64,000 nucleotides of DNA from positions 223,940 through 287,939 of the forward strand of contig JAPKYK010000001.1 of the NCBI GenBank assembly GCA_026394395.1, read 5' to 3'. Every line of letters starts with the position of its first letter. The first letter of the stretch is position 1. Position numbers and translations under genes: made by a program. This DNA comes from Methanomassiliicoccales archaeon (GTDB taxonomy: Archaea; Thermoplasmatota; Thermoplasmata; Methanomassiliicoccales; UBA472). The notes beneath the pieces were generated by a model. It ran no database searches. It had not been told where the DNA came from and saw only the letters and a list, made by a program, of their open reading frames with translations. Of the stretch, positions 10,872-20,478 are shown in pieces.

Positions 10872-12028
10872 CGCTTCCCCGCCAGGCCAAGGACGCTCTC
10901 TAGCTCCGACATCTTCCTTTGCCAGTCCTCTTTCAGCTCATCAGATTCCTTCCTTCCACGGCGATACTGGTCCAACAGAAGTATGATCCATAGGACGATG
11001 AGGGCTCCGCCAAGCAGTTGTATCAGGTCGAAACCGTACCCTCTAATCAGAAAGAGCACTCCCTGGTCCAGTATCAGTACGATCAACATTGTCATTGCGG
11101 GTCTGCGATTCCACATCCCCTTCCGATGGGCGTTCAGCCATCTTGGGACCTCCGAACAGGCTCGGAGCAGCATCTCCACCGCCGACCCTCCTTCTGGTAC
11201 CGACCCCCTCATCACGGTCATCAATTCGTTGGTCCATCGTTCGTCCTTCTCCACGGTCCTTCTCGCCCGCCTCCTGAGCACCAACATGCCGGTGATGGCG
11301 ATGGCGATCAGTGAGACGGTCCCGCCCCCCAATCTCCAAGCAAACTCGTTGGCATCGATTGGATATTGCACGCTCATCATCAGGAGCACGACGAATCCCA
11401 CCAAGGCTATGGTGACCAGTATGAGGCAGTGATCGTGAAATTTCGACCTGCTATCGTCAGTTGCCTGCCTGGCCAGCATGTACGCCGAAGTTATGCTGTC
11501 CATCACCAGCTCGTCCACGCTCTTCTCTGGTGAACGTGGGAGGTCCTTCAATATAGAGACCACCGTTCCCAGGCCCTTCTGGCATTGGACGTAGATGTAC
11601 AGCATGAAGGGGAACGCCAATATGACGCTGTATGAGAACACGCTCAGCAGGAACACGGCCCAGAACCCGGTGGAGGTGGGCAAGGAACGGTACGAGAACC
11701 GACCATGGCGCATCCTTATCCGGGCGACGGAGTACTTCGCCACCCGCAGGTCGAAATCGCTCCCCCCGACGGTCACCTTATATCCCGCTTGACCTAGCTT
11801 GACCGGGTCCAATTCCCCTTCGACGTCCAGTGGTCTCCAGGGGACGGCGGTCATGATTATGCACGTGAGGACGATCGCCCATGCGGAACCGACCATCGTA
11901 TACAACCACACAATAGATCGGGATGGGACGTCCAGGACCATGGGCAGAAGGAGGAATACCAGACCGCCAGCGGCCAATGAGACCAGGGCTATGAACCACC
12001 ATTTAGAGAATAGATCCCGAGCCTCCAT
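10868..12028 (-). CDS. Hypothetical multi-pass membrane protein
   Basis: Several pairs of hydrophobic segments; stop overlaps the wHTH start. Confidence 0.7.
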   Translation of the reverse strand: MEARDLFSKWWFIALVSLAAGGLVFLLLPMVLDVPSRSIVWLYTMVGSAWAIVLTCIIMTAVPWRPLDVEGELDPVKLGQAGYKVTVGGSDFDLRVAKYSVARIRMRHGRFSYRSLPTSTGFWAVFLLSVFSYSVILAFPFMLYIYVQCQKGLGTVVSILKDLPRSPEKSVDELVMDSITSAYMLARQATDDSRSKFHDHCLILVTIALVGFVVLLMMSVQYPIDANEFAWRLGGGTVSLIAIAITGMLVLRRRARRTVEKDERWTNELMTVMRGSVPEGGSAVEMLLRACSEVPRWLNAHRKGMWNRRPAMTMLIVLILDQGVLFLIRGYGFDLIQLLGGALIVLWIILLLDQYRRGRKESDELKEDWQRKMSELESVLGLAGKR

Positions 12029-12097
12029 GATGAGATAGAATGTGGCGGGAAGCGGTAAAAGGTTACTCCTCGCCGATACGTTCCTGGAAAGCTCGGC

Positions 12098-13189
12098 TCA
12101 CTCGTGGAAAACGACGTTGCAGTGGTCGATGACCACGCTGCCGTTGTGGACCTTCTCTTTTCCCTTCTTCTCGCAGCTGGCCTTGAGCTGCATGACCTCC
12201 CCGAAGGGGAAGTTCACCACGCCCTTGGCGAATGTGCCGATGCGCACCACGTCGCCCTCCTTGAATCGCCCCTCGACGGCGGTAATGCCGCAGGGCAGCA
12301 GGCTCCCACCATCCTTCAGTGCCTTCTCCGCGCCCTCGTCCACGGTTATCTTGCCGCGTGGGCTGGCGTAGAGTATCCAGCGCTCCCGGTTGGTGTACAA
12401 AGCGTTGGCGGAGAACAGCGTTCCTAGCTTTTCGCCGCGGACCAGGCGCAGGATGACATCCCTTTCCCGACCGTTGGCGATTATGGTGTTGCAGCCGGCG
12501 CCCATGGCGATGCGCGCCGCGTTGATCTTACTCTTCATCCCGCCCTTGGACCGGTCGCTGGTCCCGCTTCCGCCCATCATCTCGATGTCCTTGGTGATCT
12601 CGTCGACCGTGTCGATGAAGTGGGCGTCCTTGTCCGTGTCGGGATTGCGGTCGTACAGGCCGTCCACGTCCGTGAGGAGGATGAGCAGGTCGGCGTCCAC
12701 CTTGCTGGCGACCAGCGCCGACAGCTTGTCGTTGTCCCCGAAGGTGCCGCCTATCTCGTCCGTGGATATCACGTCGTTCTCGTTGATGATGGGGACGACA
12801 CCCAGATTGAACAGCGCGTCCACGGTCTTGCGCAGGTTGAGGTAGACCTTCCGGTCGGAGAAGACGTTGTAGGTGAGCAGCAATTGCCCCACGGACCTCC
12901 CGTGGCGGGCGAACACCTCTCGGTAGGTGAGCATGAGGACCGCCTGGCCCACGGCGGCGCAGGCCTGCTTGTGGGCCATGTCCTTCTGCACGTCGTCCAG
13001 ACCGAGCTCGCTGCTGCCTGAACCTATCGCTCCGGACGTGACGATTATCGACTGTACCCCCGTCTTCTCCAGCTCCAGGACCTGGCGGGCGATGCCGTCC
13101 AGATACGCCGCATCGACCTTGCCGTCCTCCCCGCAGATGGTGTTTGTGCCGATCTTGATGACCGCGCGGGTGACCTTGATGTCCCTCAT
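12098..13189 (-). CDS. proB: Glutamate 5-kinase
   Basis: VIKIG, VTSGAI, AAVGQ, PIINEND, FGDNDKL, GGMKSK and a C-terminal PUA domain. Confidence 0.97.
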   Translation of the reverse strand: MRDIKVTRAVIKIGTNTICGEDGKVDAAYLDGIARQVLELEKTGVQSIIVTSGAIGSGSSELGLDDVQKDMAHKQACAAVGQAVLMLTYREVFARHGRSVGQLLLTYNVFSDRKVYLNLRKTVDALFNLGVVPIINENDVISTDEIGGTFGDNDKLSALVASKVDADLLILLTDVDGLYDRNPDTDKDAHFIDTVDEITKDIEMMGGSGTSDRSKGGMKSKINAARIAMGAGCNTIIANGRERDVILRLVRGEKLGTLFSANALYTNRERWILYASPRGKITVDEGAEKALKDGGSLLPCGITAVEGRFKEGDVVRIGTFAKGVVNFPFGEVMQLKASCEKKGKEKVHNGSVVIDHCNVVFHE

Positions 13190-14475
13190 AGCATCTTCCT
13201 ATGGGTGTACTTCCTGGCGTTCTCCCCGGAATAGTCGGCCACGGCCTGTCCCGAGCCGAGGAGGCGATACTTGTAGATGGTCAGCCCCTCCAGTCCGACC
13301 GGCCCGCGGGCGTGGGTCTTGTTGGTGCTGATGCCCACCTCCGCCCCCAGGCCGTAGCGGTAGCCATCGGCAAAGCGCGTAGAGCAGTTCCACATTACGG
13401 ATGAGGAATCAACCTCGTCCATGAAGCGCCTGGCACCCCTCTCGTCGCTGGTGATTATGGCATCGGTGTGATGCGACCCGTACTTGTTGATGTGGGCGAC
13501 AGCCTCCTCCAAGGACGAGACGACCTTTATGGAAAGTATCAGGTCATTGTACTCCGCCGACCAGTCGTCCTCCGTAGCTTCCTTCATTTCCACGATGCAT
13601 CTCGCGGACGCATCGCCCCTCAGCTCCACGCCCGCCCGATGATAGGCCTCGGCCATGGCCGGTAGGAAGGACAGGGCGACGTTCTCGTGCACCAGCAACG
13701 TCTCCATGGCGTTACACACCGCCGGGTACTGGACCTTGGCGTCGTAACACACCCGCAGGGCCATTTCCAGGTCCGCTCTCTGGTCCACATAGGTGTGGCA
13801 CACGCCCTCGGAGTGCCCCAGCACCGGGATCTTGGTGTGGGATTGGATGAACTTGACCAGCTGGTTGGAGCCGCGGGGGATGATCAGGTCGACCTGCTCG
13901 TCCAGGGCCAGGAGCTTGTTGATCTCCTCGCGAGTGGAGAGAAGCTGCACCGCTCCCTTGAAGCGCTCGTCCACGTCCGATGCGGCATCGACGATGACCT
14001 TGGCCAAGGCCTCGTTGGTCCGATGGGCCTCGGAGCCGCCCTTCAGTATGACCGCGTTACCGGACTTCAGGCACAGCGATGATATCTGGACCAGCGCCTC
14101 CGGGCGCGATTCGAATATCACGCCGATGACCCCTATAGGGCAAGTTACCTTTTCCAGGACCAGTCCATCGTCCAGCTCGGTGCGCGAGACCACCTTGCCG
14201 ATGGGGTCCTCCTGTCTGATCAGGGAGCGCAGGGACTCCACGGACTCCTCCATCTTTCCCTGGTCGTAGCGCAGGCGCTTGACCATGGGCTTGGGCAGCC
14301 CGGCCTTCTCCGCCTCCTTCAGGTCGGCCTCGTTGGCCTTGAAGATCGAACCGGCGTGCTCCTGCAGCGCCGAGGCTATCTCCTCCAGCACTTCGTTCTT
14401 GACCGCCTGGGTCAGGCTCTGCAGGCGATAGGACGCCTCCTTGGCGTCCTTGGCTGCCCTCTCAACCGCGTCCAT
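13186..14475 (-). CDS. proA: Gamma-glutamyl phosphate reductase
   Basis: IFESRP, LKGGSEA, VCNAMETLL, STRFADG, GISTNKTHARGPVGL. Confidence 0.97.
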   Translation of the reverse strand: MDAVERAAKDAKEASYRLQSLTQAVKNEVLEEIASALQEHAGSIFKANEADLKEAEKAGLPKPMVKRLRYDQGKMEESVESLRSLIRQEDPIGKVVSRTELDDGLVLEKVTCPIGVIGVIFESRPEALVQISSLCLKSGNAVILKGGSEAHRTNEALAKVIVDAASDVDERFKGAVQLLSTREEINKLLALDEQVDLIIPRGSNQLVKFIQSHTKIPVLGHSEGVCHTYVDQRADLEMALRVCYDAKVQYPAVCNAMETLLVHENVALSFLPAMAEAYHRAGVELRGDASARCIVEMKEATEDDWSAEYNDLILSIKVVSSLEEAVAHINKYGSHHTDAIITSDERGARRFMDEVDSSSVMWNCSTRFADGYRYGLGAEVGISTNKTHARGPVGLEGLTIYKYRLLGSGQAVADYSGENARKYTHRKML

Positions 14476-14568
14476 GTCGGGCTATGGCATGGCGAAAGAA
14501 ATCATAATCCTTTCGTCTTGGAGGGCGCATATCGAATGAAAGAACAGGGGGGAAAGAGGTAAGGAAAG

Positions 14569-14596
14569 GGCGCTTCGGGGGCATCCCCGGGTGCGC
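14569..14596 (-). terminator. GC hairpin plus pyrimidine tract after the small wHTH gene
   Basis: Minus strand GCGC-ACC-CGGGG-ATG-CCCCCG-AA-GCGC followed by CCTTTCCTTACCTCTTT. Confidence 0.5.
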
Positions 14597-14815
14597 TCAA
14601 AGGGAAGTTTTGACCAGATAATAGTCGACGGCGTTGTTCTTCTTCTTATCTTTGAGGGCGCCAACCTTCTTCAGTTCCTGAATGGCATTCATGCACTGGG
14701 CCTTGGGCAGCTTGGACAGGGCGGTGGCCTTCTCGGCGCTAATGGCCTTGTCCTCGGAAGTAACTCCGGCCTTTATCAACGCACTGAACAGTTTCTCAAC
14801 TTGAGGGGATACCAT
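14597..14815 (-). CDS. Small basic wHTH-like protein
   Basis: 72 aa, Lys/Ala-rich, helix-helix-helix then LKKVG...YYL wing; has its own AT-rich promoter region and terminator. Confidence 0.7.
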   Translation of the reverse strand: MVSPQVEKLFSALIKAGVTSEDKAISAEKATALSKLPKAQCMNAIQELKKVGALKDKKKNNAVDYYLVKTSL

Positions 14816-15046
14816 GAGTCCGGGAGATTTTTTACCCTTTATTAAGGATTGCGGTCGCCGGATACTATTATTGTAAATAAAATTAATAATATGGGTGATA
14901 CTTCAATAGCTTATTATCTAACGAAATGCGAATGAAATGCGCAATTGTCCGTCGGAATCGAATAATCGAGCTCATTCGTCAAATAAATCAGTTAAATCGA
15001 ATAAAGCTCACGCTATGAACGGTCAGGGAACGTCCGAGGGAGATGA

Positions 15047-15589
15047 CTAGATTGTGCCCGCCCCCGCGGCCAAGCGCACCTTGTTCACGTCTAGCAGTTC
15101 GTGGCGATTGAGCAGGGATAGGCCCGTGTTCCTTCCCAGTATCTCCACGGCCACGATCTTGTCCGGGTCCTCCAGGTTCACTCGCCCGCGGTTGAGCGGC
15201 CCGGTCAGCTGGGCGATGAGGTCGTCGTGGTGCTCCTCGAAGTGCCGTTTGTGCAGGTGCATCATCCAGGTCTCATCCTCTCCGATGCCCCGCCCCAGCT
15301 CGGTGGCGGCGTCGATTATCTCGCGCTTGTTCGACGGCACCCAGCGCTCTATAGGCACCCAGTGGTACGTATAGATGAACTGCGATGGGTTCTCATCACA
15401 AACGCGCTTGAGCTGAGCGACCAGCACCTTGGCGTCACCGCCGACCTGCAGCAGGAAGACGCCCTCCACCTCGCAGAGGTCTATCTTCTCCACGTAGACG
15501 CCCAGGTCCTTCATCCGTTCCATGATCTCTTGTTCGGCGTGACCCCTCTGATTGCCGTGAAAGGTCACCAGGAGGTTGTAGGCAAGCAT
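15047..15589 (-). CDS. Stand-alone THUMP-domain RNA-binding protein
   Basis: YNLLVT N-terminal domain, WVPIERW, VNLEDPDKIVAVEILG THUMP signature. Confidence 0.85.
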   Translation of the reverse strand: MLAYNLLVTFHGNQRGHAEQEIMERMKDLGVYVEKIDLCEVEGVFLLQVGGDAKVLVAQLKRVCDENPSQFIYTYHWVPIERWVPSNKREIIDAATELGRGIGEDETWMMHLHKRHFEEHHDDLIAQLTGPLNRGRVNLEDPDKIVAVEILGRNTGLSLLNRHELLDVNKVRLAAGAGTI

Positions 15590-15637
15590 GCAAACACCCT
15601 GATTACATTTGCGCATGCGCGCTCAAATAACTTGCCC

Positions 15638-16348
15638 TCAGCCGCCCAAAGCGACTATGATTAGCAGCATCAGCATGCCCACCCCCGCCATGACCAGGCC
15701 GGACCGTAGGCCGCCGCTGCCCACCTTTCTTTCCAGGAACCGGCCCAGGAGGAACAGCAGGATGGCGCCGGTGACGTTGGCCATGAAGGTCACCAGGTTG
15801 AGGTCGATGGTAGGTGCCAATTGGTAGATCAGAACGAAGGGAGTGGCGGCCGCCAGGTTCAGCAGCACGCACCAGACCGCGGCCAGCCACTGGGAACGTT
15901 CCAGGGTGGGCCTCACGATCTCCTTCTTCTTGATGGCCTGGATGGCCACGTCGGCCATGCGCTGCCAGGTATCCTCGTCTAGCATGTCCTCCTGCAGCTC
16001 CGTCAGTGCTTCCGTCAGCACCTCCACGGCCAATTCCCGGGAGGCCTCGTGGTCCTTGCCGTCCTTGATCTCCTTGACCTTCCTGTAAAAATAGACCTTC
16101 TCGTAGTGGGAGGTGAGCATGTTGACGGCGCCGTCGGCGAAGCCCCAGGCGGTGTTGCATCCCAGAATGGCCACGGTGACCACGAAGGCGATCTCCTCCG
16201 CCGGCTGCCCCAATAGCGCCAGGCGCAGGGTGTTGCTCAGGGCCATGGCCATCAACAGCCCGTAGAAGAACTCCACGGTGACCTGGGATTGGCTGATATG
16301 GTCGAATATCAGCCTGTCCGCAAGGTTCCGTTTCTCCGTCCCGTTCAT
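15638..16348 (-). CDS. VIT1/CCC1-like membrane protein
   Basis: EFFYGLLMA, GCNTAWGFADG and C-terminal hydrophobic helices ending ALGG. Confidence 0.65.
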   Translation of the reverse strand: MNGTEKRNLADRLIFDHISQSQVTVEFFYGLLMAMALSNTLRLALLGQPAEEIAFVVTVAILGCNTAWGFADGAVNMLTSHYEKVYFYRKVKEIKDGKDHEASRELAVEVLTEALTELQEDMLDEDTWQRMADVAIQAIKKKEIVRPTLERSQWLAAVWCVLLNLAAATPFVLIYQLAPTIDLNLVTFMANVTGAILLFLLGRFLERKVGSGGLRSGLVMAGVGMLMLLIIVALGG

Positions 16349-16399
16349 CGGCCCTCTCCGGAGCCGTTATGCCCCTAATAGGTCAATGTTCTTTTCGCC

Positions 16400-18991
16400 T
16401 CAGGTGTCGTCGTCCACGACCTCCTCCGCAGCCGTTCTGGCCGAGGCCGGTTCGATCTTGCGATAGACCTTGCACGGCTCCAGATTCCGTCCTCCGACCT
16501 TCAGCAGGAAGCCCTCCACGGGCACGCCGAACAACCGCTCGTTCTCCCTCAGGTAGGGCAGGATGGTCTCCCAGTCCTGGTCGGTCATCTTCCCGAAGCG
16601 GCCGCCGTTCAGCTGGTCCGCGGTGACTTTCCTCTGGGGGTCCCGCACGTAGATGGCGCCTCCCGAGGCCAGGGAGAATAGGTTGCCTCCCGGATAGGGC
16701 GTGGGCAGCTCCACCGGTGTCCCGTTGGGATCGAAGGCCACGCCGTTCAGGATGACGAAGCCACCTCCGTTCAGAGGGTCCCCGGCCATGAACGATTCCG
16801 CCAGGTAGTCCAGGCAGGTGCCGTTGATGACCACGCGAGGTTTTCCGACGGCGTTGATGAGCGGGCGCCCGGCAGCGTTGCCCATGACGTAGGCCTCGCC
16901 CCCTTTCGCTCCATACATGAACGTCTGGCCGACGTCCCCGTGCACGATGAGCTTTCCGGAGGCCAATATCTGCCCCAGCTGGTCCTGGGCGTTGCCGTGC
17001 ACCTCCACCTCGGCCCCGGACAGACCGGAGGCCAGGTAGTCGCCTGGCGTTCCGAAAGCCTCCACCTTCAGGCCCTGGGAGCCCTGCCCCAGGCCGCAGC
17101 CGAAGAAGCGCTGCCCGTGGGCGTCGAAGGCGATGACGTGCCGCCAACCTTTGGCGTGCGCGTCGCGGATGACGAAGGACGGTCCCTCCTCCCCCTCCAT
17201 GGGGAAGCCGCGACAGTCCACGGCCAGGGTGGAACCGTTCCCTGCGGCGGGCACCAGGCCCCGGTTCTCGCGGTCCACCAGAGTGAACCCGTGACCGACC
17301 TGCGGCGCCCGGGGAACGGACCTGAGGGACAGGTTCACCGCTTCCAGCGCCTTCTCGGTGATGCGGCTGCGCCTCAGCTTGCCGCTGGGGTAGCGCCGAT
17401 CGATCATCAGGCTGAGGAACGACAGCACGCTGCGCAGGTCCGCCTCGCTGCGCGAGGCTCTTTGCACCGCCGCTTGCAGCAGGGAACGGAACGCCGCAGC
17501 GTCCATGCCCGGCAGGGCGGACCGGAACCTCTGGAACATCTCTCCGCCGTCGCCGGTGTCCACCACGGCGTCGGTACCGCCCGACACCAGCAGCGAGGAC
17601 AGCGACCGGTCCCCCTGCCGGTCGTACGACAGCTCTAACTTCACAGGCGCGCGGAACTTGTTGACCACGCTGAGCGTCCGTCCGTCCCCCTCCTTCTCGA
17701 GGGTGAAGACGAACGCCCCGCCGTCGGTATGACTACCGCCGCGGGCGTTCCAGTATGCGTCCGCCTGCCGGGGCACCGACGGATGGTCCGCGGCTATGGA
17801 GCGCAGCGCCGAGTCGATGGCCTGCTTCTCCGAGCCGATGAGGCCAATCTGCACCTCTCCCTCCACGAGTGCGAACACTTGCGGTCGCAGCATGGCCGTG
17901 TCGGTGATACCGATCAGCTGGAACCTGTCCTCGTAGAACTGGTTGCGGGCGATGATGAAGAACCACGGGCCGTCCGGCGAGGCGTGGATGTGGGTGCGCT
18001 GTATCGCCTGGTACAGCGGCCTCTTTTCCTCTGGCAGACTGTGGAAGTCCCTTTCGGTGGTGGGCGCCAATGCCTCTATGATGTACTCCAGCGGGTAACC
18101 GTACGTCCGGTTCAGCAGGTCGAACAGCAGCACCGAGACCTCGGTGTCGGTGAGGAACAGCGGGACCACGTTCTTCTGCGCCAGGTACTCGCTCACCGAG
18201 TGGTAGTTGGCGAAGTCGCCGTTGTGCACCAGTCCCTCGTCCAAGCCCATAAATGGGTGCGCTCCGCCGGGATGCCACACCCGTCCCTTGGTCGGGTACC
18301 TCTGATGCCCGATCCAGACGTGGGCGGTGACCTCCTCCAGGCGGTAGAAGGTTATGACGTCCTCGGCGTAGCCGACCACCTTCATGATGATCATGTTGCG
18401 TCCGTGGGACATCACGAAGGCCTTCATGCCCTTCTGCACGTAGTACAGATGGTTGATGGCGAAGCTGGTCTGGTACACGAACTCGTCCTCGGCCTGGCGG
18501 GGGTCCAGGCCCTGCAGCTTGCGCTCCTCGACGAAGCTCCTCAGCTTCTCTGGTCTGGCCCTACAGAAATAACGCCAGACCTGCGGCGGCCGCACCGGCA
18601 GGGCGGAGAGCACGAGCGGATTGGCGCTCTCCTCCACCTGGTAGCGGGTGTGCACTGCGTAACGTTCGTCTATGAACTCCTTTTCCAGCTCCTGCCGGAA
18701 CGAGGGGTCGACGTAAGCGACCTGAACCAAGTAGTGGTCCTCCAGGATGTCCTGGGGGACCTTCATCTGCTGGTGGTCGAGACCGACGGCGGCGATCCCG
18801 CCGCCCTTCCCGTTGCCGCGGTTGTGCATCTGCAGCAGCGGTTCCAGTATGTGCTTTCCCGGCAGTCCGACCGATGCGGCCAGGCCGACCACTCCGCACC
18901 CGCCCTCCGCCTCCATCTGCAGGCGGCTCAGCTTCGGCCGGCACTCCTGCATCCATTTCCTCGATCTGATGATCATCTCCGGGTCGTTCAT
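16400..18991 (-). CDS. Glutamate-synthase-like subunit: class II glutamine amidotransferase fused to GXGXG (GltB domain 3)
   Basis: EGG-CGVVG Ntn cysteine, HNRG, GHQRYPT, HPF, HNGD, TDTE; C-terminal GNAQDQ/GDVGQTFMYG/GNAAGR repeats; ATGA overlap with upstream gene. Confidence 0.88.
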   Translation of the reverse strand: MNDPEMIIRSRKWMQECRPKLSRLQMEAEGGCGVVGLAASVGLPGKHILEPLLQMHNRGNGKGGGIAAVGLDHQQMKVPQDILEDHYLVQVAYVDPSFRQELEKEFIDERYAVHTRYQVEESANPLVLSALPVRPPQVWRYFCRARPEKLRSFVEERKLQGLDPRQAEDEFVYQTSFAINHLYYVQKGMKAFVMSHGRNMIIMKVVGYAEDVITFYRLEEVTAHVWIGHQRYPTKGRVWHPGGAHPFMGLDEGLVHNGDFANYHSVSEYLAQKNVVPLFLTDTEVSVLLFDLLNRTYGYPLEYIIEALAPTTERDFHSLPEEKRPLYQAIQRTHIHASPDGPWFFIIARNQFYEDRFQLIGITDTAMLRPQVFALVEGEVQIGLIGSEKQAIDSALRSIAADHPSVPRQADAYWNARGGSHTDGGAFVFTLEKEGDGRTLSVVNKFRAPVKLELSYDRQGDRSLSSLLVSGGTDAVVDTGDGGEMFQRFRSALPGMDAAAFRSLLQAAVQRASRSEADLRSVLSFLSLMIDRRYPSGKLRRSRITEKALEAVNLSLRSVPRAPQVGHGFTLVDRENRGLVPAAGNGSTLAVDCRGFPMEGEEGPSFVIRDAHAKGWRHVIAFDAHGQRFFGCGLGQGSQGLKVEAFGTPGDYLASGLSGAEVEVHGNAQDQLGQILASGKLIVHGDVGQTFMYGAKGGEAYVMGNAAGRPLINAVGKPRVVINGTCLDYLAESFMAGDPLNGGGFVILNGVAFDPNGTPVELPTPYPGGNLFSLASGGAIYVRDPQRKVTADQLNGGRFGKMTDQDWETILPYLRENERLFGVPVEGFLLKVGGRNLEPCKVYRKIEPASARTAAEEVVDDDT

Positions 18992-20478
18992 GCCTGCACC
19001 TCCTTTCCCTCGTCGTAGCGCAGCAGATCCGTGCGTCCACGCAGCTCGTTGATGTCCTTCATGCCGAAAGAGGCCAGAAGGTGGCACCACTGCTTGCGCC
19101 AGGCAGAATAGAGGTTGATCAGCCGTTGCGAGCCCCAGTCGGTGTCCATCTGCAGGAACAGCACCGGATCGGTGGTGGCTATGCCACGCGGGCACCCGCG
19201 TCCCGACTCGCAGTTGCCGCAGCGCACGCATCCCAGCGCTACCAGCTCCGCGGTCCCGATGACCACGCCGTCCGCGCCTAGGGCGATGGCCTTGGCCACA
19301 TCCAAAGCCGTACGCATGCCCCCGCTGGCGATGAGGGTAACGCTGTCGCGTACCCCCTCGTTGGTCAGGAACCGGTGCACCTTGGGGATGGCATACTCTA
19401 TCGGCATGGCGATGTTCTTCTTGGCGATCTCCGGGGCCGCCCCGGTGCCTCCGTACCCGCCGTCCAGGTGCACGATGTGCGCCCCGGCGTAGTACGAGCC
19501 GATGGCCACCATCTCCACGTCGTTGGGCGTAGAGACCTTGACCGACAGCAGCGCCCTTGGATTGATCGAGGCGATCCAGTCCAGGTGCTTCTTGTGGTCC
19601 TCCACGGAGTACACGCTGTGGAAGGGGAAGGGCGAGAAGAGCGAGGTGCCTGGCACCGCCTCCCTCATCTTGGCCACCAGCGGTGTGTTCTTATCGCCCA
19701 GCAGATGGCCGCCCAGCCCGGGCTTGGCCCCCTGGGCGTACTTGAACTCCACTATCGGGGCGCGCATTATCGTCTCTTCCTTCACCCCAAAGAGGCCGGT
19801 GGCGATCTGAGTGATGACGTTGTCCTGGTACGGGATGAGCTCGACGGGATATCCGCCCTCGCCCGTGCAGGTGTACGTGCCCCAGGCCTTGGCCGCCCGA
19901 GCGCGGGCGACCATGGTGTGCAGCGATATGGAACCGTAGGACATGCCGCCGCCGTAGATAGGCAGAGATATGCGCCGCTTCTTCCCGCCCCGGCGGTTAA
20001 GGTCGATGGCCGTGGAGAACTCTCTGTAATCGACCTTATCCGGAACGTTACCAAGCTTGAAGTGCAGGTGGTCGAAGCCGCCCCCGGCGTTCCCGGTGTT
20101 GCCGGGGTGGTCCAGCGGTAACGGTTCGCCGGTCTCGGCCATCTGCCAGGTCGCCAGTATCATCTCCGTGGTCCACCTGACGTCGCCGAGGGCGCTGAAG
20201 GTCTCGCTGGCCCTGACGCTCAACGAATGTGTGGGGCAGTGGGAGGCGCAGTAGAAGTCATTGCTTTGGCAGGAAGGCCCGATGCACCTCTGGTTGTACG
20301 GGGGCAATATCTTCGCGTGCCCCTCCATCCTCTTGTGCACTCCGTAGGGGCATAACGTCTCGCACAGCCCGCAGGAGATGCAGGCGTCCTTCCGCTCCAC
20401 GATGTAGCGGTTGACGAACTTCAGCCTCTCGGACGGTATCCAGGAGGCCTCCGGCACGCACGTGTACTCCTCAGTCAA
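18988..20478 (-). CDS. Glutamate synthase FMN-binding subunit (GltB domain 2) with N-terminal ferredoxin
   Basis: CISCGLCETLCP, GGMSYGS, TGEGG, QGAKPGLGGHL, DGGYGGTGAAP, SGGMR, CVRCGNC...CPRGIAT; TTG start inferred. Confidence 0.9.
   Translation of the reverse strand: MTEEYTCVPEASWIPSERLKFVNRYIVERKDACISCGLCETLCPYGVHKRMEGHAKILPPYNQRCIGPSCQSNDFYCASHCPTHSLSVRASETFSALGDVRWTTEMILATWQMAETGEPLPLDHPGNTGNAGGGFDHLHFKLGNVPDKVDYREFSTAIDLNRRGGKKRRISLPIYGGGMSYGSISLHTMVARARAAKAWGTYTCTGEGGYPVELIPYQDNVITQIATGLFGVKEETIMRAPIVEFKYAQGAKPGLGGHLLGDKNTPLVAKMREAVPGTSLFSPFPFHSVYSVEDHKKHLDWIASINPRALLSVKVSTPNDVEMVAIGSYYAGAHIVHLDGGYGGTGAAPEIAKKNIAMPIEYAIPKVHRFLTNEGVRDSVTLIASGGMRTALDVAKAIALGADGVVIGTAELVALGCVRCGNCESGRGCPRGIATTDPVLFLQMDTDWGSQRLINLYSAWRKQWCHLLASFGMKDINELRGRTDLLRYDEGKEVQA

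Noticed and set aside
14835..14920. AT-rich tracts (also 34880-34970) as a replication origin
   Set aside because: No ORB motifs or cdc6/orc1 gene nearby; ordinary promoter regions explain them
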